Origin: Candidatus Wukongarchaeum yapensis
GTDB taxonomy: Archaea; Asgardarchaeota; Wukongarchaeia; Wukongarchaeales; Wukongarchaeaceae
DNA length: 17,463 bases
Reading direction: 5' to 3'
Assembly (NCBI GenBank): GCA_016840425.1
Contig: JAEOSI010000022.1
Coordinates: forward strand, 1-17,463
In this document: in pieces, positions 1 through 8,795 of the stretch
Layout of the letters: each line of letters starts with the position of its first letter
Position numbering within the stretch: position 1 is the stretch's first letter
Translations under genes and position numbers: made by a program
The notes under the pieces: generated by a model
The model's database searches: none
What the model saw: only the letters and a program-made list of their open reading frames with translations
What the model was told of the DNA's origin: nothing

Positions 1-779
1 GAAGGAGCTTTTACACCATCAATTTCTTCGGGTGAAACAAAGGAAAGCTTTTTACTCAAATACGAGGCAGCCTCCAATAATCCCTTCTCTTCCTGCTTAA
101 TATCTGCAGTAGCAATCTCCTTAACATCCCCCCTATCAAAACCTGAAAGCTTCAAAGCCTCGCTTATCGCTTCAAGAACCTCTTCCTTTGTCACGTTTTT
201 GCGGGCACCTATCCCTAAAACAATAGATTCCCTATCAGAACTCTCCTTTTTAAGTATGGAAACTTTTTCGTCGATTACTACTATTTTAGGCCCTCTTATC
301 TCAAGAACAGGAACATCCTCTTCAAGGAGGATAACGTTCAAGTTTTTTGTTGAGCTTTTGTTTAATATATTGGCCTTTAATTTTTCCGCTATTCCTTCTA
401 CCGATATTCGTCCTTTGACCTCTGTTGCAGTAGTAATTACTGGCAAGCACCCTATTTTTTCCCATAATCTTCTCGCTAATCTGTTCCCTCCATGATGGCC
501 TCCTAAAAGGGGTATGGCGAAGTTTAACCCATTATCTACAACCACTACCGGCGGAGACTCCCATTTATCTTTTACTAAAGGCGCAACTTTTCGTACAACA
601 ATTCCCGTAGCCATGATAGCGACTACAATGTCAAACTGTTTAAAAGCCCGTTCAAAAACACCTTTATCGTAGACTAAAATTTCTCCTCCGATAGCCTCTT
701 GGATTTTAGTGGCAGTACCAAAATCGTGTTCAAACCCTATAATCGCCACTTTTCCTTCGATTAATTGTTCACTCTCCAT
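1..779 (-). CDS. cbiG: Cobalt-precorrin-5A hydrolase (3'-truncated by window edge; absent from ORF track)
   Basis: Manual translation from ATG at 779: MESEQLIEGKVAIIGF...AIMATGIVVRKVAPLVKDKWESPPVVVVD...AIPLLGGHHGGNRLA...PVITTATE...VLGIGARK. The frame is open to position 1. Motifs GIVVR, PxVVVVD, LLGGHHGGN, VITTAT and GIGxRK are typical of CbiG. Overlaps the cbiF stop. Confidence 0.92.
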   Translation of the reverse strand, partial: MESEQLIEGKVAIIGFEHDFGTATKIQEAIGGEILVYDKGVFERAFKQFDIVVAIMATGIVVRKVAPLVKDKWESPPVVVVDNGLNFAIPLLGGHHGGNRLARRLWEKIGCLPVITTATEVKGRISVEGIAEKLKANILNKSSTKNLNVILLEEDVPVLEIRGPKIVVIDEKVSILKKESSDRESIVLGIGARKNVTKEEVLEAISEALKLSGFDRGDVKEIATADIKQEEKGLLEAASYLSKKLSFVSPEEIDGVKAP

Positions 780-1497
780 AAAGTTTCGACCTCTGAAATT
801 TAGGCGGATTAAGAATGTCTCCCACAATAATCATTGCAGATTTCGTAATTCCTGCCTCTTTCACCTTCAAGGTAATGTCTGCAACAGTTCCGCGAATAAT
901 TTTTTGATCTTTCCAAGAAGCATGATAAACAACAGCTACAGGTGTATCTGGGGGGCGTCCTAATTTCTGCATCACTTCCTCCATATTTTGAACGCCCAAA
1001 AACACAGCTATCGTGCTTGGATCTATCCCAGATAACTCTCCTAAAACATCTTTATCAAGCGTCTTACCTGAGGGGCGGGTGATAATAAGCGTTTCAGAAA
1101 CCCCTTTTAAGGTAAGCTGGATCCCAAGGGCAGCAGCTGCAGCAAAAACCGAAGAAACACCAGGCACAATCTCAACATCCACCCCCTTTTCTCTTAAAAG
1201 AATTATCTGCTCCATTATAGCACTATAAATAGAAGGGTCGCCACTATGCAGTCTAACAACCTTTTTCCCCGCTTTAACGTTTCTTTCAATAATCGGGATG
1301 ATATCTTCAAGTTTTAAACCATAACTGTCAACCTTCTCACAATAATCCTTGCAAAAATTTAACAGTTCAGGGTTAACTAATGACCCTGCGTAAATGACTA
1401 TGTCCGCCTTTTCCAGCAGTTCTTTACCTTTTAACGTGAGGAGACCCGGATCACCAGGGCCCGCCCCGACAAAATACACTTTAAAACTTTCCTCCAT
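769..1497 (-). CDS. cbiF: Cobalt-precorrin-4 C11-methyltransferase
   Basis: VYFVGAGPGDPGLLTLKG, YAGSLVN, RLHSGDPSIY, VPGVSS and RSKLY motifs; lies between cbiL and cbiG. Confidence 0.93.
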   Translation of the reverse strand: MEESFKVYFVGAGPGDPGLLTLKGKELLEKADIVIYAGSLVNPELLNFCKDYCEKVDSYGLKLEDIIPIIERNVKAGKKVVRLHSGDPSIYSAIMEQIILLREKGVDVEIVPGVSSVFAAAAALGIQLTLKGVSETLIITRPSGKTLDKDVLGELSGIDPSTIAVFLGVQNMEEVMQKLGRPPDTPVAVVYHASWKDQKIIRGTVADITLKVKEAGITKSAMIIVGDILNPPKFQRSKLYGE

Positions 1498-2126
1498 TAA
1501 TCCATCCCACCATTCTTAACCACTGATTTTGTCGTATACAATATACTCAAATAATTGCTTTTAGATGGCATTTTGTTTATTACTACCCTTTCTCCCTCCA
1601 TACCGATCCTTTCCACAAGGATGAAACCACCATATCCTTCTCTTTTCAAAGCTTCTGCTAGTTTTTTTGGTTCTCTAACCTTTAATACTATCTTAGAAAG
1701 TATTGGAGAACCGTCAATAACCTCAAAAGATTCATTTATCATCACATTAGCCTTCGAAGCAAAAGCAGTAATAGCGCTCACACCCGGAACCGTTGAAATT
1801 TCTATCCCTGGGTATTTAATTTCTATAATTGCTCTCACCTTATTAAAAGTAGAAAAGAAGTTAGGATCTCCTAAACAAGCAAAGGAAACCAAATGATCTT
1901 TCGCATCTTTTCCTATGATCTCCGCATTTTCAAGCCAGCTTTCATTCAAAGAATCTTCATCCTTAGTCATAGGAAAGTTAAGCACCTCACACTTAACATA
2001 AGACTCCACCATAGTTGCTGCAAGCGTTCCTGCAGCAAACACCTTATAACTCTCCTTAAGCGTTTTGACAGCTTTCAAAGTTATAAGTTCAGGATCCCCT
2101 GGTCCAAGACCCACTCCAACAAGCAT
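1497..2126 (-). CDS. cbiL: Cobalt-precorrin-2/factor II C20-methyltransferase
   Basis: LVGVGLGPGDPELITLKAV, LNFPMTKD, LGDPNFFSTF and VPGVSAI motifs; 1-nt overlap with the cbiF start. Confidence 0.9.
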   Translation of the reverse strand: MLVGVGLGPGDPELITLKAVKTLKESYKVFAAGTLAATMVESYVKCEVLNFPMTKDEDSLNESWLENAEIIGKDAKDHLVSFACLGDPNFFSTFNKVRAIIEIKYPGIEISTVPGVSAITAFASKANVMINESFEVIDGSPILSKIVLKVREPKKLAEALKREGYGGFILVERIGMEGERVVINKMPSKSNYLSILYTTKSVVKNGGMD

Positions 2127-2128
2127 GC

Positions 2129-2662
2129 CTAATCCCCTTCTTTGCCTCCTACAATGATGAAAACAGGATTTTCAGGTTTGAACGCCATCCCTCCTTGTAA
2201 ATCATAACCCTTAGAGACCTGTACATGCACTACTTCTTTAAAATTCCCCAGCTCCCTCATCTTTTTAATAGCAGTGATCGCCGTTTCCAATCGTGCCGCA
2301 TTAACAATAATCCTTCGCCTAACCTTAGATTCGAGAACAGTTAAAGTTTCTTCAAGATTTTCCGAACCCCCAATGAACACAGAATCAATTTCTTCTACTT
2401 TTTCCAATGCTTGAGGAGTTTCTCCATGAATAAGTTCAATTTTGTGAGATACACCCGCCAAATGAAAGTTAAACTTTGATGCTTCAATCGCTTCTTTTCT
2501 GCGATCTATCGCAAATATTTTGCCTGCAACTTTCGCCGCCGCTATAGATACAGCCCCAGTTCCACAACCCACATCTAAAAAAGTATCGCCGTCTCTGAGA
2601 TCCAACTTGTAGAGAGTAATCGCTAAGATCTCTTCCTTAGTAGGCCCACCCTTAACCTTCAT
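2129..2662 (-). CDS. cbiT: Cobalt-precorrin-6B C15-methyltransferase (decarboxylating)
   Basis: GGPTKEEI, SAM-binding LDVGCGTGAVS, FIGGS and IVNAARLET motifs. ATG at 2662 preferred over the upstream TTG at 2701 used by the ORF track. Confidence 0.9.
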   Translation of the reverse strand: MKVKGGPTKEEILAITLYKLDLRDGDTFLDVGCGTGAVSIAAAKVAGKIFAIDRRKEAIEASKFNFHLAGVSHKIELIHGETPQALEKVEEIDSVFIGGSENLEETLTVLESKVRRRIIVNAARLETAITAIKKMRELGNFKEVVHVQVSKGYDLQGGMAFKPENPVFIIVGGKEGD

Positions 2663-2764
2663 AAATCGCTGTTCCAAGCTATTATTACCCCCATAACACA
2701 AAATAGAACGCTTTTTTAACGTCCTGTATTGAATAATAGCCTACTTATTAACGAAGTAAATATC

Positions 2765-2780
2765 TAGGTTTCTCTTCCTA
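2765..2780. promoter_or_regulatory. TAGG-N8-CCTA inverted repeat, copy 1 (candidate operator)
   Basis: TAGGTTTCTCTTCCTA, just downstream (minus-strand sense) of the TATA at 2787-2800 facing cbiT. Confidence 0.5.
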
Positions 2781-2786
2781 AGAGAG

Positions 2787-2800
2787 TTTATATATATAAA
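2787..2800. promoter_or_regulatory. Palindromic TATA box (probable cbiT operon promoter, possibly bidirectional)
   Basis: TTTATATATATAAA is a perfect palindrome in the cbiT/cbiX divergent intergenic region. Confidence 0.5.
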
Positions 2801-2834
2801 GGTTTTTCCTAAGTTTTCTTAAATTCTGTCTCTT

Positions 2835-2849
2835 CGAAAAATTTATATT
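2835..2849 (+). promoter_or_regulatory. BRE + TATA for the cbiX-hemA operon
   Basis: CGAAAAA-TTTATATT fits an archaeal purine-rich BRE followed by a TATA box, about 65 nt before the cbiX ATG. Confidence 0.5.
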
Positions 2850-2865
2850 TAGGATGGATATCCTA
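2850..2865. promoter_or_regulatory. TAGG-N8-CCTA inverted repeat, copy 2 (candidate operator)
   Basis: TAGGATGGATATCCTA directly after the TATA at 2842-2849. Confidence 0.5.
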
Positions 2866-2912
2866 CCTATAAAGGTTTACTAATATAAAAGACCATAAAC
2901 ATAGGCAGGCTA

Positions 2913-3317
2913 ATGAATATGGTAAAAAATATCGATATTGAAAAAAATACGGCGAAAGCGATCCTTCTAATAGGTCATGGAAGCAGGCTTCCAGAAAGCA
3001 GTAAAGTTTTAGAAGTTCATGCTGAAAGAATAAAGAAAACAGGAAAATTTGATGAGATACATACCTGTTTTTTGCAATCTGAACCTACTATACAAGATGT
3101 TTTCCCAAAAATCAAGTCAGAAACTATTTTTGTTTTTCCATTCTTTCTTGCCCCTGGGATTCATGTTTCAAAAGATATTCCCCGAATTCTAGGTCTTCAA
3201 GGAAAATATAGCGAAATCAATGGTAAAAAGATCATTTATTGTGATCCTTTAGGTGAAAGCGAATTCATTACAAAAGCTATTCTCCGGCAAATAGAGGAAT
3301 TATGGTCTACCTATTAG
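2913..3317 (+). CDS. cbiX: Short sirohydrochlorin chelatase (CbiXS/CfbA type), probably cobaltochelatase
   Basis: 134 aa; LLIGHGSR and PFFLAPGIHVSKDIP carry the two metal-binding His motifs of class II chelatases. Confidence 0.88.
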   Translation: MNMVKNIDIEKNTAKAILLIGHGSRLPESSKVLEVHAERIKKTGKFDEIHTCFLQSEPTIQDVFPKIKSETIFVFPFFLAPGIHVSKDIPRILGLQGKYSEINGKKIIYCDPLGESEFITKAILRQIEELWSTY

Positions 3318-3417
3318 CTTTGAGGAACACCCTTAATAGAGAGTTTTCTATGAAAAAAGGACTCATAGCTCTCATATTTATCCGTGATATATTATTTGTG
3401 AGGAAGTGGGCTGACGC

Positions 3418-4773
3418 ATGTGTCGCGTTAAATCTTGTCTGACGGTCACGTTACCCAAAATAAACATGAAATATGCAGAGGATCGCTTTGCCCTGCCTAC
3501 CAGTTTGATCAATGTCGGTCTCACTTTTAAAAAAGGTCGTGTAGAACTTCTTGAGTCAATCAGATTTCCAAAAATTGAAGCAGCATTAAAAGATATGATT
3601 TCACTCCCTTCTATTAAGGAGTGTTTAATCATACAAACGTGTAACAGGGTGGAAATTTTCGCAGTTTCTGACGATCCTCATAGCTCTATCACGGCAGTTT
3701 TCGATAACCTTTTAAATAGTTTTCAGCTTGATCCATCAGTTTACTCTTCTCTTTTTGATATTAGAACCAGTAACGAAGTAATAGTTCACGGGTTACGATT
3801 AGCTTCTGGTTTGGAGTCAATGATAATAGGGGAAGATCAAATATTGGGCCAAGTTAAAGAAGCGTTAAATATGGCGGTTAAAGCGGGGACAGTAGGTCCC
3901 TTTTTAAAACTTGTTTTTAGTAGGACCCTCGTGTGTGGTAGGCGGGTTAGAAATGAGACAAGGATTAATAAAGGCGCGGTTTCGATGGGGTCTGCAGCCG
4001 TTGAACTAGCGGAAAGAACCCTTAAAACGCTTAAAGATAAGCATGTTTTGGTTATTGGGGCGGGAGAAATGGGATTTTTGGTAGCAAAAGCGCTTAAGGA
4101 TAAAAAGTGTAACGCTTTATTCATAGCAAATAGAACCTATGGAAGAGCTGTTTGTTTAGCAGAGGAACTGGGAGGTGAAGCTATTCGTTTTGATAATATC
4201 GAGAAAAAGATGGTGGAAGCAGATATTACTATCGTGACTACTTCAGCCCCTCATTACATAATTAGAGGAGATCGTCTAAAACGTGTTTCTTCTATGAGGA
4301 AAAAGGACTTAACAATTATTGACATCGGAAATCCTAGGCAAGTTGAAGATCTTAAAGTCTCGAAAATTTGTTCATACAACATAGATAATCTAAGGATTAT
4401 AGCGGAAGAGAATCTAAAGAAAAGGCTTAACGAGGTTGAAAAAGCTGAGAAGATTGTTGAAGAGGAGTTTGAACGCTTAAGAAAAATGGTTAAGAAATTA
4501 AGTGTTGAACCTCTAATAAAAGCCCTTAATAAAAAATTTGAAAATGTTCGCATACAGGAAATTGAACGTGCCTGTTCCTTCCTTGAACATATTAACTCAA
4601 CTAATGAAATAAAACCCGTCCTTGAAGATCTTTCTAGAGCCATTATACGTAAATCAGTTCACCAAGTTATCCAAACCATAAGAAAAGCTGCGGAAAATGA
4701 TCAAAATGAGATCGTTGAAGCAGCGAAACTTATCTTTAACATAGCAACTGAAAGTGAGGGCGTTAACCTTTGA
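3418..4773 (+). CDS. hemA: Glutamyl-tRNA reductase
   Basis: Catalytic TCNRVE, GLESMIIGEDQILGQVK, NADPH-binding IGAGEMG and IANRT motifs. The true start may be the ATG at 3466. Confidence 0.95.
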   Translation: MCRVKSCLTVTLPKINMKYAEDRFALPTSLINVGLTFKKGRVELLESIRFPKIEAALKDMISLPSIKECLIIQTCNRVEIFAVSDDPHSSITAVFDNLLNSFQLDPSVYSSLFDIRTSNEVIVHGLRLASGLESMIIGEDQILGQVKEALNMAVKAGTVGPFLKLVFSRTLVCGRRVRNETRINKGAVSMGSAAVELAERTLKTLKDKHVLVIGAGEMGFLVAKALKDKKCNALFIANRTYGRAVCLAEELGGEAIRFDNIEKKMVEADITIVTTSAPHYIIRGDRLKRVSSMRKKDLTIIDIGNPRQVEDLKVSKICSYNIDNLRIIAEENLKKRLNEVEKAEKIVEEEFERLRKMVKKLSVEPLIKALNKKFENVRIQEIERACSFLEHINSTNEIKPVLEDLSRAIIRKSVHQVIQTIRKAAENDQNEIVEAAKLIFNIATESEGVNL

Positions 4774-6092
4774 AAACAGGATCATTTAACAACTCTAAGA
4801 ATTTATACGATGAAGCTGTTAGTTTGATGCCTGGCGGCGTTAACTCTCCAGTACGTGCTTTTAAACCCCATCCCATCTTCATAAAAATGGGTAAGGGAAG
4901 CCATATTTTTGATGTCGACAATAATATGTTTATAGACTATTGTATGGCCTTTGGTCCCTTGATTTTAGGTCATAGTCCTCCCGAAGTAGTTGAAGCTGTA
5001 AAAGATCAGTTAGTTAAAGGAACTATGTATGGTATTCCCACTCCTCTTGAAAATGAGCTTGCAAAGCTGGTCATTAAAGGCGTACCTTCCATCGAGATGG
5101 GGCGTCTAGTTAACACAGGAACAGAAGCAACTATGAGCGCAATAAGGCTTGCTAGGGGATACACTGGTAGAGAAAAGATCTTAAAGTTTGAAGGATGCTA
5201 TCACGGTTCTCATGATGCTGTCCTTGTAAAAGCGGGATCTGGCGCCTTAACCTTCGGCACTCCTACTTCTTTAGGTATCCTTAACTCTTTAGCAGAAAAT
5301 ACGTTAGTTCTTCCGTATAATGATCTTGAAGCTTTAGACAAACTTTTCGCCAAAGAAGGGGAAAATATCGCTGCAGTAATCCTTGAACCCGTCGTGGGAA
5401 ACATGGGAGTAGTACTGCCAAAAGCAGGGTATCTTGATGGAATTAGAAAAATCGTGGAAGAGAATGGCACCATACTCATTTTTGATGAAGTAATTAGCGG
5501 GTTTAGGCTGGGATTTGGAGGCGCTCAAGAACATTTCAACATCGATCCAGATTTAACCACCTTAGGTAAAATCTTGGGACACGGGTTCCCTATCGCAGCA
5601 TACGGAGGCAAAAAAGAGATTATGGAAATGGTCACTCCAACAGGGAAAATATATCCTGCGACAATCTCCGCCGATAACGCGGGCAAGGTTTACCAAGCAG
5701 GCACCTTTAGCGGCAACCCGATAAGCGTTATCGCAGGCATCACCGCACTAAAAATGCTGAAAAACAACCCTTGGATTTACCAAGATCTTGAAAGGAAAAC
5801 AAAAGAAATTACTGAAGGATACCGTGATTTAGCTGAGGACTATGGGGTTCAAATACGTTTAAACAGCATCGGATCGATGTGGCAAGTCTTCTTCGCAGAC
5901 CATGAAATCTTTGATCAGGAAACAGCACAAAAATCAGACCTTAAAAAATGGGATAAATACTTCCACAAAATGCTTGAACAAGGAGTATATCTTCCACCAG
6001 GAAACTTCGAAACATGCTTCCTCTCCACAGCTCACACAAAAGAAGACGTTGAAACAACTATTGAAGCTGCATCAAAAGCCCTCCAAGTTTAG
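4770..6092 (+). CDS. hemL: Glutamate-1-semialdehyde 2,1-aminomutase
   Basis: MPGGVNSPVRAF, NTGTEATMSAIRLARG, GCYHGSHD, IFDEVISGFR, PLP-Lys LGKILG and YQAGTFSGNP motifs. TTG start overlaps the hemA stop. Confidence 0.96.
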   Translation: MKTGSFNNSKNLYDEAVSLMPGGVNSPVRAFKPHPIFIKMGKGSHIFDVDNNMFIDYCMAFGPLILGHSPPEVVEAVKDQLVKGTMYGIPTPLENELAKLVIKGVPSIEMGRLVNTGTEATMSAIRLARGYTGREKILKFEGCYHGSHDAVLVKAGSGALTFGTPTSLGILNSLAENTLVLPYNDLEALDKLFAKEGENIAAVILEPVVGNMGVVLPKAGYLDGIRKIVEENGTILIFDEVISGFRLGFGGAQEHFNIDPDLTTLGKILGHGFPIAAYGGKKEIMEMVTPTGKIYPATISADNAGKVYQAGTFSGNPISVIAGITALKMLKNNPWIYQDLERKTKEITEGYRDLAEDYGVQIRLNSIGSMWQVFFADHEIFDQETAQKSDLKKWDKYFHKMLEQGVYLPPGNFETCFLSTAHTKEDVETTIEAASKALQV

Positions 6093-6144
6093 CAGTTCAG
6101 CTTTGTAATAAGCAAATTTATTTTGCTAGTGAAGGTGTTTTCAA

Positions 6145-7092
6145 CTGGAACTCATCGCGGGGACAAGAGGCAGTAAACTTGCAGTAATCCAAACCAAAGA
6201 AGTCATAAACATGCTTAAACGTGCTTTTCCTGATCTAAAATTGCGAACACTGACTATTACTACTACTGCAGATAGTTTTGAAAATGTGCCTCTTCACAAG
6301 ATTAGGGGGAAAGGATTCTTTGTTAAAGAAATAGATGAGGCCCTTATAGAAGGCAGAATTGATTTTGCTGTTCACAGTATGAAAGATGTTCCTACTGAGC
6401 TACCTCAAGGTATCGGAATAGTTGCAACACCTCCACGTAAATCGCCTAATGAAGTGCTTTTCACGCATACAGGCAAGCCTATTGAAAAGTTACCTGAAGG
6501 TGCCATTATCGGCTCTGGAAGTTTTCGACGCATAGCATATTTAAAACGGTTTCGAGAAGACCTTCTTGCAAAACCCATACGAGGAAACGTTGACACAAGG
6601 ATTCGAAAAGTACAGGAAAGAAAATATGATGGCGTCATTTTAGCTGAAGCTGGCCTACAGCGATTAGGTCTTACAAACTACATCACTCAAAGATTCTCTT
6701 TAAACGAGTTTTTACCAGCTGCTGGTCAAGGCATATTAGCTGTTACGGCTCGAAAGGACAACGAAAAAACTCTCCAAGTTTTGAGAAATATAAATGATGA
6801 AAAAACCTTTACAGAAGCCGTTGCAGAAAGAGCATTTATACGGACTATAGGTGGCGGCTGTAAAGTCCCCATAGGTGCTAATACGACATTAAAAAGAAAC
6901 AATTTAATCCTTGAAGGCGAAATTCTCTCATTAAACGGTAAGCAAAGCCTAAAAGCTAGAATAAGTGGCTCACTAAATGAGGCAGAGTTTATAGGAGAAA
7001 AGCTTGCTTATCAGCTTCTAAATTCAGGAGGAGAAACACTAATTAAAAAAGTTGTGAAGGAGATCGAAAACCTTGGTCCAAAAAGCCCTTAA
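6145..7092 (+). CDS. hemC: Porphobilinogen deaminase (hydroxymethylbilane synthase), probable CTG start
   Basis: AVHSMKDVP, GSGSFRR, IRGNVDTR and cofactor Cys in GGGCKVPIG. The conserved N-terminus ELIAGTRGSKLAVIQ is in frame upstream of the ORF-track ATG at 6211. Confidence 0.93.
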   Translation: MELIAGTRGSKLAVIQTKEVINMLKRAFPDLKLRTLTITTTADSFENVPLHKIRGKGFFVKEIDEALIEGRIDFAVHSMKDVPTELPQGIGIVATPPRKSPNEVLFTHTGKPIEKLPEGAIIGSGSFRRIAYLKRFREDLLAKPIRGNVDTRIRKVQERKYDGVILAEAGLQRLGLTNYITQRFSLNEFLPAAGQGILAVTARKDNEKTLQVLRNINDEKTFTEAVAERAFIRTIGGGCKVPIGANTTLKRNNLILEGEILSLNGKQSLKARISGSLNEAEFIGEKLAYQLLNSGGETLIKKVVKEIENLGPKSP

Positions 7093-7135
7093 TTTGATAA
7101 AAGATAACGCGATGAAAGAAGGAAGAGGAGGGAGA

Positions 7136-7879
7136 ATGGCTGGAACTGTTTACATAGTTGGAAGTGGTCCTGGGACTGTAGATCTTTTAACGTTGAAAGC
7201 AGCAATGATTTTATTTAAAGCCAATTTAGTGCTTTTTGACCGTCTTATAGATAAAAAAATTCTTTCTCTTTGCCCAGAAAATGCTGAACTTATAGATGTT
7301 GGTAAAATACCTGGAGAAAACCAGGATGAGAAGCAAAATCGCATCCATGAACTAATGGTTAAATATTCAAAAGAAGGGAAAATGGTGGTTCGATTAAAGG
7401 GTGGAGATCCATTCCTTTTTGGTCGTGGTGGTGAAGAGGCTGAGAAACTTTCAGAGGAAGGAATCCCTTTCGAGGTGGTTCCTGGTGTCACATCTGCGAT
7501 AGCGGTACCTGCTTTTGCAGGAATCCCTGTGACTCACCGGAAAATTTCCAGTTCTTTAGCCATAGTTACAGGCCATGAAGATCCTAAAAAAGAGGGAAAA
7601 AGGATAGATCTTGCTAAAATATCTGAAGCGGTTGACACCCTCGTTATCTTGATGGGTGTTGGAAAGCTTGAAGGAAACATTAAAACTGTCTTAAAAAAGA
7701 GAGCAGGCGATACTCCTGTTGCTTTAATAGAATCAGGGTGCACGGAAAAACAACGGACAATCATTTCAACGTTAAAAAACATAGTGGATGATGCAAAAAA
7801 AGCGAAGGTAAAACCTCCAGCCGTCCTTGTAATAGGCGATGTCGTAAAACTGCGAGAGGCATTAAAATGGTACGAATAA
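7136..7879 (+). CDS. cobA: Uroporphyrinogen-III C-methyltransferase (SUMT)
   Basis: VYIVGSGPG, RLKGGDPFLFGRGGEE, VPGVTSA and VTGHE motifs. Start placed at ATG 7136 after GAGGAGGGAGA. Confidence 0.95.
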   Translation: MAGTVYIVGSGPGTVDLLTLKAAMILFKANLVLFDRLIDKKILSLCPENAELIDVGKIPGENQDEKQNRIHELMVKYSKEGKMVVRLKGGDPFLFGRGGEEAEKLSEEGIPFEVVPGVTSAIAVPAFAGIPVTHRKISSSLAIVTGHEDPKKEGKRIDLAKISEAVDTLVILMGVGKLEGNIKTVLKKRAGDTPVALIESGCTEKQRTIISTLKNIVDDAKKAKVKPPAVLVIGDVVKLREALKWYE

Positions 7880-8742
7880 TGGCAACAAAAAAAGAACAAA
7901 ATAACAGGACAGAAAAAAGGAGAAAAGGACCGGATAAACCCCTTAAGGGGAAGGTTATCGCAATCACTAGGCCAGAAAAACAGGCAAAAAAAATGGCCAC
8001 GCTAATAAAAAATCATGGAGGAAGGCCGTTAATCGTACCTACAATCGAGATAAAACCCAATAAAAACCTGAATGAAATAGTGCAGAAAATAATGGAGAGG
8101 GGAGAAAAGTATGATTTTATAATATTTACAAGCGCTAATGGTGCAAGTCTCTTTATTGACACCCTAATACAGCTTACGGGGGAAAACTATTCCAATTTCT
8201 TTAAAGACGCTAAAATTATAGCCATAGGTTCTAAAACTGCAAAAGAGATAGAAGATAGAGGGATTAGCGTCGACATTGTGCCTAAAAATTTCACATCAGA
8301 AGGGGTAATAGTAACCCTGAAAAGATTTGTCTCTTTTAAAGCTCGTGCTTTATTGCCCCGTGCTTCGAATGTCCCTCCAACCTTAAAAAAAGGACTTGAA
8401 AACCTTGGAATAATAGTAGAAGAAATACCTGTTTATACGATTGCAAAACCGAAAAACGAAACTAAAATCAAAAATCTCGTAAAAGCCGTTATAAACGGAA
8501 AAATAGACATTATAACATTTACAAGTTCCCTAACCGCTATTAACTTGCTAGAAACAGCAAAAAAAGAAAATTTACTAAAACAATTCAAACACGCAATAAA
8601 CAAAGAAAAAACATTAACAGTAGTAGCAATAGGACCAATCACACAAAAAACATTAGAAGATAACGGTATAGAAGTCCACTTAACCCCCAAAAAACAAACC
8701 ATAGAAAGCATGATCAAACTAATAGTTCACCACAAATATTAA
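7879..8742 (+). CDS. hemD: Uroporphyrinogen-III synthase
   Basis: IAITRP, IIFTSANG, AIGSKTA and ITFTSS motifs. ATG at 7879 overlaps the cobA stop (TAATG). Confidence 0.9.
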   Translation: MATKKEQNNRTEKRRKGPDKPLKGKVIAITRPEKQAKKMATLIKNHGGRPLIVPTIEIKPNKNLNEIVQKIMERGEKYDFIIFTSANGASLFIDTLIQLTGENYSNFFKDAKIIAIGSKTAKEIEDRGISVDIVPKNFTSEGVIVTLKRFVSFKARALLPRASNVPPTLKKGLENLGIIVEEIPVYTIAKPKNETKIKNLVKAVINGKIDIITFTSSLTAINLLETAKKENLLKQFKHAINKEKTLTVVAIGPITQKTLEDNGIEVHLTPKKQTIESMIKLIVHHKY

Positions 8743-8795
8743 CAAAGTAGTAAACATTAACTCCCGAATTAGACTCAATTCAAAGCCTTTTTAAC

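Noticed and set aside
3350-3442. 30-codon ORF MKKGLIALIFIRD... between cbiX and hemA with a signal-peptide-like start
   Set aside because: No SD, overlaps the hemA 5' region, and is plausibly chance in AT-rich DNA.
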